Source of the DNA: Clostridia bacterium
Lineage (GTDB): Bacteria > Bacillota > Clostridia > Christensenellales > UBA3700
Direction of reading: 5' to 3'
NCBI GenBank assembly: GCA_029068165.1
Contig: JAIEDA010000009.1
Span: 521-64,520, forward strand
Length of the DNA: 64,000 nucleotides
The notes under the pieces are model-generated. The model saw only the letters and a list, made by a program, of their open reading frames with translations. It was not told the origin of the DNA and searched no databases. Position numbers and translations under genes: made by a program. Positions 57,531-64,000 of this stretch are shown here, piece after piece (position 1 is the first letter of the stretch; every line of letters begins with the position of its first letter).

Positions 57531-57767
57531 AATATACTCCACAAAGCTTTAGTCCTAATAAATATTATGCAATTTATTAGTCGATTGATATTGTTGCCAA
57601 GTAGAAGTTGATTTATGCGATGAAAATTTAATTTCATTTAAACTGTTTTAGAAAATAGAGATTTTCCTATTATGAAAATAATAGCGACTTTTTTTGTAAA
57701 AATGATAAAGGATATTTATAAAAAAAATAAAATATATAATATTATAATAATTATTTAATAAAAGACA

Positions 57768-57796
57768 TTGACCGAAATTTAATAATGTGGTATCAT
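57768..57796 (+). promoter_or_regulatory. candidate sigma-A promoter for the GPH transporter
   Basis: TTGACC, 17-nt spacer (ending tgtgg), TATCAT, about 55 nt upstream of ATG 57851. Confidence 0.4.
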
Positions 57797-57850
57797 TATT
57801 ATAATGCAAAAAATAATCTAAATTCATTTTGCGTTAAGGGAAAGGAAATT

Positions 57851-59608
57851 ATGGCTTCTATCAACGAGAACAAATTTCTTTGCAAGATGCTGGGTACGGA
57901 TCCTGCAAAGAAAGAAGAGATGCAACCAAAAGAAGTGCTGTCTTATTCTACGGCAGGACTTGGACAAAACATTATATGTCAATTAGTTACTACTTTCTTT
58001 ATGATTTATATGACGGAAGTAGCTGGCGTTTCGGCTTTGTGGCTGGCTTGGATGTTCCTAGCCGCAAGACTGTTCGACGCCTTCAACGACCCGATTATGG
58101 GTACGCTCGTTGATAGAACTCGCAGCAAGTGGGGTAAGATGCGCCCATATTTGGTATTTTCACCTATACCTATAGCAATTCTTACGATATTGCTGTTTAC
58201 GTCGTTCAACTGGTCGGTTGAGGCAAAATTCGCTTACTCGACGGTTATCTATCTTTTGTGGGGCATAGCGTATACTTCCGTTGACGTACCGTACTGGGGA
58301 TTGGCTTCTTCAATGACTTCGGATACGGATAAGAGAAATACGCTTTTGACCATTGCCCGTCTATTCTCGACGATAGGAAGCGGTCTTGTGTCGGTTGCTA
58401 TTCCTATACTCGTAGATACCAATCCCGATACGCAAACCTTCAAAATCACCAAAGAAATGTTGCCTTGGCTTTACATAGTTATAGCAATCGTATGCGTTTT
58501 GTTGGCAGTTCCGACTTTTTGGTTAGGATTTAAGAACACCAAAGAGAGATTCTATGAAGAGAAGGAAAAGGCTTCTTTGGCCGCCAACGTCAAACTTCTT
58601 ATGAAGAACAAACCCGTTCTTATTATGATTTTAGTAGGTATTTTGGGCGGTCTTCGTACGATTTATATGACCACGGCAATGTATTACGCTAAATACAATT
58701 TGCGTAGTACGGGACTTGCCGCCGTAATCTTCTTGCTCGTAGTTCCGGGCGGTCTTGCGGCAACGTTGCTTACTCCGGTGCTTTCTAAGAAGTTCGGTAA
58801 GAAAAACCTGTTCATCTATTCGCATATAATCGGCGGCGTTTTGTTGGTACTTTTGTACTTTATAGGACTTGATTCCAACGGAACTAGCACGGTAGCGCAA
58901 ATATTCTTCTACATAATCATTATTTTGGCGGGTATTCCTTCAGGATTTAGTAATATACTTACGTATTCTATGATAGCCGACTCTATCGACTATCTTGAAG
59001 ATAAAACCGGCAAAAGAGCGGAGGGTATTTGCTTTAGTATGCAAACGCTCATATCCAAAATCGGTATGGCATTGACTGCGTTCGTTACGTTGATGGTACT
59101 CGGAAGCTACGGCTACGACGAAATGGAAATCAAAGATTTGACGCCTGAAATAATAAATACCGACGTGTTCCAACAAGTTATCAAGGGCAACTGGATGGCG
59201 ACTACGCTTCTTTGCGGACTTTCTATGGCTGCTTGCGCAATACCTCTATTCTTCTATACGTTTACTGAAAAGAGGCAAGTCGAAGCAGTATCGAGAGTTA
59301 TGGCAAGAAAGAAAGCGGCAGGCAGTATGAACGAAGCCGAAGCGGGCGAGTTCGTATCTCAGTTGAAGCTTGTAGATCCCAAGACGCAACAGCGTACTTA
59401 CAGCGAAATCGCCGAGATACTCGGTTGGGAGAACGCTGATAGCGTAAGAGCGTTTATCGCGGAAGCCGACGCTATCGCTAAAGAGGACGTAGAAAAAGAG
59501 ACTTTGTTTGTGAGCGCCGAGGGCGATCCTAAGGCTGAAGACGCGGCAAAGAAAGAGGAATCGACTGCCGATGCTTTCGAGTCGAATACCGACGACCTCA
59601 AGTTTTGA
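57851..59608 (+). CDS. glycoside-pentoside-hexuronide (GPH):cation symporter family MFS transporter with 114-aa hydrophilic C-terminal tail
   Basis: LSYSTAGLGQNIICQLVTTFFMIYMTEVAG...ARLFDAFNDPIMGTLVDRT (the GPH signature region). 12 TM. AAAGGAAA RBS before ATG 57851. Confidence 0.85.
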   Translation: MASINENKFLCKMLGTDPAKKEEMQPKEVLSYSTAGLGQNIICQLVTTFFMIYMTEVAGVSALWLAWMFLAARLFDAFNDPIMGTLVDRTRSKWGKMRPYLVFSPIPIAILTILLFTSFNWSVEAKFAYSTVIYLLWGIAYTSVDVPYWGLASSMTSDTDKRNTLLTIARLFSTIGSGLVSVAIPILVDTNPDTQTFKITKEMLPWLYIVIAIVCVLLAVPTFWLGFKNTKERFYEEKEKASLAANVKLLMKNKPVLIMILVGILGGLRTIYMTTAMYYAKYNLRSTGLAAVIFLLVVPGGLAATLLTPVLSKKFGKKNLFIYSHIIGGVLLVLLYFIGLDSNGTSTVAQIFFYIIIILAGIPSGFSNILTYSMIADSIDYLEDKTGKRAEGICFSMQTLISKIGMALTAFVTLMVLGSYGYDEMEIKDLTPEIINTDVFQQVIKGNWMATTLLCGLSMAACAIPLFFYTFTEKRQVEAVSRVMARKKAAGSMNEAEAGEFVSQLKLVDPKTQQRTYSEIAEILGWENADSVRAFIAEADAIAKEDVEKETLFVSAEGDPKAEDAAKKEESTADAFESNTDDLKF

Positions 59609-59636
59609 TAAAAGATAATTTGATATAACAACTAAT

Positions 59637-59661
59637 AAAGGCTATCCGTACGATAGCCTTT
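59637..59661 (+). terminator. hairpin after the transporter gene (weak terminator)
   Basis: aaaggctatc-cgtac-gatagccttt, a perfect 10-bp stem with only a short U stretch. Confidence 0.45.
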
Positions 59662-59678
59662 GAAGGTATAAAAGCAAT

Positions 59679-61217
59679 ATGGCATATACGTCACTTTACA
59701 GGAAATATAGACCCGACTCGTTTGACAAGATGTTGGGGCAAAAGCACGTCGTAAAGACTTTGTCCAACGCAGTGCTTGGCGGCAAGATTTCTCACGCTTA
59801 TCTCTTTACGGGTACTAGGGGTACCGGTAAGACGACGACTGCAAAGATTTTTGCTCGCGCAATAAACTGTGAAAAACCTTTGGCGGACGGTTCGCCGTGC
59901 GGAGTTTGCGAAGTTTGCAAAGCTCTTGCTAGCGCCAATAATATGGATATACTCGAAATGGACGCCGCTTCAAACAACAGCGTCGACGATATAAGAGATC
60001 TTATCGAAAAGGTAAAATACGTTCCCGTATCTTGCAAATATAAAGTGTATATCATAGACGAAGTGCACATGTTGACTATGCAGGCGTTCAACGCGCTTCT
60101 CAAGACTTTGGAAGAGCCGCCGGCTCATACCGTGTTTATACTCGCAACTACTGAAGTTCATAAACTTCCGCAAACGATTTTATCAAGGTGTATGCGCTTT
60201 GATTTTAGACTTTTGTCAACAGCGGAGCTTTCAACCTATCTTACTAAAATTCTCGACAAAGAGGGAAGAGAATATCAAATCGAGGCTGTTAGAGCTATTG
60301 CCGAAGCGGGCGACGGAAGCGTAAGAGATATGCTCTCGGTGGCGGATATGTGTCTTTCATACACCAACGATAGACTTACGTACGACGACGTCTTAGAGGT
60401 GTTGGGAGCAAGCTCGCCAAAAACGGTAGTTGAGCTTTGTTCGGCGATTATCTCGCACGATCCAAAGAGCGCTTTAGAAGTCACGGACAAAATTCTTTCT
60501 TTGGGAAAGAGCGTGGGACTTTTGGCAAGGGACGTGGCTAAGACTATGCGCAGTATGCTTTATATTCTCAACTGTAGCAACGCAAACAGGTTTTTGTCAT
60601 TGCCCAAAGATTTATTTGAAGCTCTTAGCGAGCTTGCGGACAAAACCGATAACGACGCTTTAGTGCGAATTATTGAGATATTTGTAAATATTGAAAATCA
60701 GTTGAGAGCGTCCTCGTCGCCTACCGTTACGTTTGAAACGTGCGTAGTCAAGGCTTGCGATCTTACGATTGATTTAGATCAAGACGCGGTACTTAGACGG
60801 CTTAAAGACGTAGAAGCCAAAGTAAGGACGATAGCAAGTCATTTCGGCGATATCGACGAGAACCTAAAGCTCGACTTGGGTGAAGTTTGGGGATACCTTC
60901 TCAACACAGTGAGAGCAAGTTCGACTTCTCAACAAGCGTACGCTTGCGCGGCGGCAATCGCTACGAGCGATTTGTCTTTCGCCGACGGAGCGCTTACGAT
61001 AAACGTAGACAACGAAAAGAGTTTGCCTGCTATAAAGCAGTATTTGCAGCTCTTTGAAAATACCGTAAAGAAGAGATATTTTGAAATTACGGCTTTGAAA
61101 ATCAACTATTTTAATAAAGAAGAAGCTTTGAATAAAGATATAAAGACAGTGCAAAATCTATTTGACGAAGATATGGTCAACGTGACTGATTCGTCGGGTA
61201 AATCAAATATAAAATAA
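59679..61217 (+). CDS. dnaX: DNA polymerase III subunit gamma/tau
   Basis: YRKYRPDSFDKMLGQKHV, GTRGTGKTT, the Zn module CGVCEVC, and IIDEVHML. Confidence 0.95.
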   Translation: MAYTSLYRKYRPDSFDKMLGQKHVVKTLSNAVLGGKISHAYLFTGTRGTGKTTTAKIFARAINCEKPLADGSPCGVCEVCKALASANNMDILEMDAASNNSVDDIRDLIEKVKYVPVSCKYKVYIIDEVHMLTMQAFNALLKTLEEPPAHTVFILATTEVHKLPQTILSRCMRFDFRLLSTAELSTYLTKILDKEGREYQIEAVRAIAEAGDGSVRDMLSVADMCLSYTNDRLTYDDVLEVLGASSPKTVVELCSAIISHDPKSALEVTDKILSLGKSVGLLARDVAKTMRSMLYILNCSNANRFLSLPKDLFEALSELADKTDNDALVRIIEIFVNIENQLRASSSPTVTFETCVVKACDLTIDLDQDAVLRRLKDVEAKVRTIASHFGDIDENLKLDLGEVWGYLLNTVRASSTSQQAYACAAAIATSDLSFADGALTINVDNEKSLPAIKQYLQLFENTVKKRYFEITALKINYFNKEEALNKDIKTVQNLFDEDMVNVTDSSGKSNIK

Positions 61218-61238
61218 TCGTATAAGGAGAATAGTATA

Positions 61239-61565
61239 ATGGCAAAATTCGGTGGATTCGGCGGCGGTATGGGCAATATGCAACAGCTTATGCGCCAAGC
61301 TCAAAAAATGCAACAAGAGATGATGGAAGCTCAAGAAGAGCTTAAGACCATAGAGGTTACTGGAACGAGCGGCGGCGGTTTAGTTGAGGTAACTATGACC
61401 TGCGAAAAGCAAGTCGTTTCGTTGAATATCAAGCCCGAAGCGGTAGACCCCGACGATATTGAAATGCTTGAAGATTTGATAATCGCGGCGTTTAATGACG
61501 CAGTCGGCAAGGCTGAGGAAGAGAGAGAACAAAAACTCGGCAAATTTGCAGGTATGGGATTGTAA
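61239..61565 (+). CDS. ybaB: YbaB/EbfC nucleoid-associated protein
   Basis: MQQLMRQAQKMQQEMMEAQEEL...GGGLVEVTMTCEKQVVSLNIKPEAVDPDD. Confidence 0.92.
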   Translation: MAKFGGFGGGMGNMQQLMRQAQKMQQEMMEAQEELKTIEVTGTSGGGLVEVTMTCEKQVVSLNIKPEAVDPDDIEMLEDLIIAAFNDAVGKAEEEREQKLGKFAGMGL

Positions 61566-61568
61566 TTT

Positions 61569-62153
61569 ATGGCGTATTATCAACCTTTGGCTAGGCTCGT
61601 GGCTCAATTTTCCAAGTTGCCGGGAGTAGGAGCTAAGACTGCGCAACGCTACGCTTACAAACTCATTAATATGAGCGACGAAGAGGTCGAGGAGTTTGCT
61701 AAGGCTATCGTTGAAACAAAAAAAAGCGTGCATTACTGTAGCGTTTGCGGCAATTATACCGAAAGCGACGTTTGCGATATATGCAAGACTAGAGATAAAT
61801 CGGTTATATGCGTGGTTAAAGAACCAAAAGATATCGTAGCTTTTGAGAAAATTAAGGACTATAGCGGCGTATATCACGTCTTGCAGGGTACTATCAATCC
61901 AATGCAGGGAATAGGCGTGGACGATATTCGTATCAAAGAACTTATGTCTAGGCTCGTTGGCGTAAAAGAGGTAATAATGGCGACCAACCCCGATATTGAC
62001 GGAGAGGCGACCGCAACGTATATCGCTAGGCTTATAAAGCCGATGGGTATCAAGGTTACGCGCCTTGCGAGCGGAATTTCTATGGGCAGCGATATAGAGT
62101 ACGCCGACGAAGTGACGCTTTCAAGAGCTTTGGCGGATAGAAAAGAGTATTAA
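61569..62153 (+). CDS. recR: recombination protein RecR
   Basis: LPGVGAKTAQRYAY, the C4 zinc finger CSVCGNYTESDVCDIC, and a Toprim region. Confidence 0.95.
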   Translation: MAYYQPLARLVAQFSKLPGVGAKTAQRYAYKLINMSDEEVEEFAKAIVETKKSVHYCSVCGNYTESDVCDICKTRDKSVICVVKEPKDIVAFEKIKDYSGVYHVLQGTINPMQGIGVDDIRIKELMSRLVGVKEVIMATNPDIDGEATATYIARLIKPMGIKVTRLASGISMGSDIEYADEVTLSRALADRKEY

Positions 62154-62256
62154 ATTCCAAGCATATTTTAATTTGATAGTAAGATTATTCAAATCATATA
62201 CTTATCAAATAGCTAAGCAAGCAATCAAATAAGCTTGCGGTAGAATTATAGGAAAA

Positions 62257-62285
62257 CAAAAGTCGGGTAGTTTCCCGACTTTTTA
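62257..62285. terminator. bidirectional terminator between recR and galT
   Basis: aaaagtcggg-tagttt-cccgactttt. Confidence 0.75.
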
Positions 62286-62310
62286 AGTTTATATAGGCGT
62301 TTTAGCAGTT

Positions 62311-63843
62311 TTACGCTTCAACTGCGCCAAGTCCTTTAAGCATAAAGTTTTCGAAAGCTTTTTGACCTTGCTCGTCGTTTTTGAAAACGGCTGTACATTC
62401 GAGAATTCTTTCGCAAGCGTCGTTTACGTAGTCAGTTACGACCTTATCGGCAAACGACTTATCTCTACCGCTTCCGTTGTCGTTGACGAGTTGGAGAATG
62501 GTTTGCGCGTGCTTGCACATCGGGTTTTCAGGGTTATTTAGCTCTTTAAGGTCGAGATTTTTCTTACCGGTCAAATATTCTTTGATTTCTTCAAGCTCGT
62601 TTTTCAATCTTCCGGGGAGTATGAAAAGTCCCATCACTTCGATTATGCCAATACCTTCTTTTTTGATGTTGTGCAAGCTCTCTTCGGGGTGGAAGATTCC
62701 GTATGGGTGAGCTTCGTCCGTGCGGTTGTTGCGAAGTATTAAGTCAACAATATATTCGCTTCCTTCCTTTCTAGCTATCGGGGTAACGGCGTTGTGCTGC
62801 TCGTCGGTTTTGCAAATTATGTTGACGCTCTCATCGCTCCATTCCGACCAAGCGCAAAGCGCGTCGGTAGCAACTTCGTGTACTTCAAATTTATTCTTTC
62901 CGCATACTCTTACTACGCTATTGTACCAATCAACGACGTAAACGTTTACGTTTTTAAACTTTCCGACGGAGTACTTCTTTCTTTCTCCCGCTTTGAACAT
63001 CGGAAGCACTTTGCTTCCGCCTTGGTAGTGGTCGTGCGTAAGTATGCTGCCGCCTACTATCGGCAACGCCGCGTTCGAACCTATGAAGTAGTGGGGGAAT
63101 GCGTCCACAAAATCAAGCAATCGGAAGAGCGTGTCGCCGTCGACGTGCATAGGTCTATGCTCGTTGGAAAGAGCGATTATATGCTCGTCGTAGTATTGAT
63201 ACGGCGAATATTGAATCGACCAACTCTCGCCGCCCAGTCTTATTGGTATAATTCTCAAAGTTTGGCGAGCAGGGTGGTTGAGGTTTCCGGCAAAGCCTAC
63301 GTTTTCGGGGCATAACATACAAGCGGGGTATCCGCTCTTGGGTAAAAGTTTCGCCATAGCAATTTGCTTTGGGTCTTTTTCGGGTTTGGAGAGATTTATC
63401 GTGATCTCCAATTCGCCGAACTTACCGCGGTGCGACCACTTGATATTCTTTTTAATATCAACCATTCTTATATAGTTGTTGGCCATGGAAAGTTTAAAGA
63501 GCCAATCAGTTGCCGACTTTATTCCGTTGTTTGCAGCTAATATATCAAACCTGTCCACGATAGAAGACGGAGCGGGGGTAACTATTCCCAACAGCTTGGT
63601 TTCAAATAAAAGGCTTTCCTCTTTTTTTGTCAAACCGTTTTGGATAGCGTATTCGACTATCGGGTCAACTATCTCGGTTTGGAAGTCGCCGTACTTTTCC
63701 GCGTTCACCGCAGGAGCGTTCAATGAAAACAAGTCTAAAAGAGCGTTTGTTGCGAAAGACGCGTCTTCAAGGCGTAGCGATAGGTTGTCTTTGGCGTAAT
63801 CTACGAGTTGCGCAAGTTTGATTTTTAGTTCTTCGGATGTCAT
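62311..63843 (-). CDS. galT: UDP-glucose--hexose-1-phosphate uridylyltransferase (class II, ~500 aa Firmicute type)
   Basis: GYPACMLCPENVGFAGNLNHPARQTLRIIP...SILTHDHYQGG is typical of the GalT type 2 family. Confidence 0.88.
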   Translation of the reverse strand: MTSEELKIKLAQLVDYAKDNLSLRLEDASFATNALLDLFSLNAPAVNAEKYGDFQTEIVDPIVEYAIQNGLTKKEESLLFETKLLGIVTPAPSSIVDRFDILAANNGIKSATDWLFKLSMANNYIRMVDIKKNIKWSHRGKFGELEITINLSKPEKDPKQIAMAKLLPKSGYPACMLCPENVGFAGNLNHPARQTLRIIPIRLGGESWSIQYSPYQYYDEHIIALSNEHRPMHVDGDTLFRLLDFVDAFPHYFIGSNAALPIVGGSILTHDHYQGGSKVLPMFKAGERKKYSVGKFKNVNVYVVDWYNSVVRVCGKNKFEVHEVATDALCAWSEWSDESVNIICKTDEQHNAVTPIARKEGSEYIVDLILRNNRTDEAHPYGIFHPEESLHNIKKEGIGIIEVMGLFILPGRLKNELEEIKEYLTGKKNLDLKELNNPENPMCKHAQTILQLVNDNGSGRDKSFADKVVTDYVNDACERILECTAVFKNDEQGQKAFENFMLKGLGAVEA

Positions 63844-63904
63844 AAAACCTCACTATAATAAAATATTGATAAATGTATTCTTAAACAGTATTTCGTATCG
63901 ATAT

Positions 63905-63919
63905 TTGAACTTTGTTCAA
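63905..63919. promoter_or_regulatory. 15-bp palindrome TTGAAC-TTT-GTTCAA (candidate operator, galT upstream site 1)
   Basis: Read directly. 62 nt upstream of the galT start, preceded by ATAT. Confidence 0.4.
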
Positions 63920-63941
63920 TTTTTTCACGTTATTTGCATAT

Positions 63942-63956
63942 TTGAACATTGTTCAA
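63942..63956. promoter_or_regulatory. 15-bp perfect palindrome TTGAACA-T-TGTTCAA (candidate operator, galT upstream site 2)
   Basis: Read directly. Its centre lies 37 bp from the centre of site 1, and it is also preceded by ATAT. Confidence 0.4.
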
Positions 63957-64000
63957 GCGATTAACATTAATTTTTCTAAATTTACATTCATATTATAATG

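Noticed and set aside
57555-57620. 21-codon ORF (MKLNFHRINQLLLGNNINRLI) upstream of mazF as a possible mini-antitoxin.
   Set aside because: It has no RBS, is far shorter than known MazE/PemI antitoxins, and lies in a region so AT-rich that such ORFs arise by chance.
59609-59678. Checked for an SRP (4.5S/scRNA) gene upstream of dnaX, as in B. subtilis, and for an A-AAA-AAG frameshift heptamer inside dnaX.
   Set aside because: The gap is only 70 nt and contains just a hairpin. No AAAAAAG heptamer was seen in 59679..61217.
1-64000. Scan for CRISPR arrays, tRNA/rRNA genes, transposases, integrases, phage genes and known defence-system genes.
   Set aside because: None recognised. No T-loop GGTTCGAATCC-type sequences, no regularly spaced direct repeats, and every large ORF has a housekeeping assignment or is a single unassigned gene.

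Overview
Core-chromosome window from an endospore-forming Firmicute, probably Clostridia-like (spoIVA, T-box and FMN leaders, GGAGG-type RBSs). It holds about 50 genes, nearly all on the + strand. In order: a 5'-partial VEK-repeat protein, spoIVA, a convergent Cys-rich BclA-C-terminal-like protein, DUF3810, pit plus its DUF47 partner, T-box-controlled leuA and a MATE exporter. Next is a seven-gene aromatic amino acid operon (aroB-aroA-aroC-pheA-aroE/K-aroQ-tyrA) and a P-type ATPase with a ~380-aa low-complexity N-terminal extension. Then guaA, purA, dapL, nth, nfnAB-like, obg, yhbY, a membrane protein (-), a nadD-yqeK fusion, rsfS, FMN-riboswitch ribU (-), tsaE, tsaB, rimI, an alpha/beta hydrolase, a membrane-anchored murF, ddl and icd. 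A 755-bp ORF-free gap carrying four perfect DnaA boxes precedes purE-C-M-N-H-D and purL. The window ends with ygiQ, recX, nnr, a flavoprotein, a solitary mazF (-), a GPH transporter, dnaX-ybaB-recR and galT (-). I saw no rRNA, tRNA, CRISPR array, transposase, integrase or recognisable defence gene. I do not find a convincing novel multi-gene system; this looks like housekeeping DNA. The best leads are: (1) the Cys-repeat/BclA-CTD-like putative spore-surface protein beside spoIVA; (2) the DnaA-box cluster with flanking 0A-box-like repeats upstream of the pur operon; (3) a recurring 15-bp palindrome TTGAAC-N3-GTTCAA at three intergenic loci; (4) the disordered N-terminal extension on the P-type ATPase; (5) MurF with a polytopic membrane N-terminus; (6) mazF with no room for an antitoxin gene. 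All calls come from reading the translations and sequence by eye; no searches were run.
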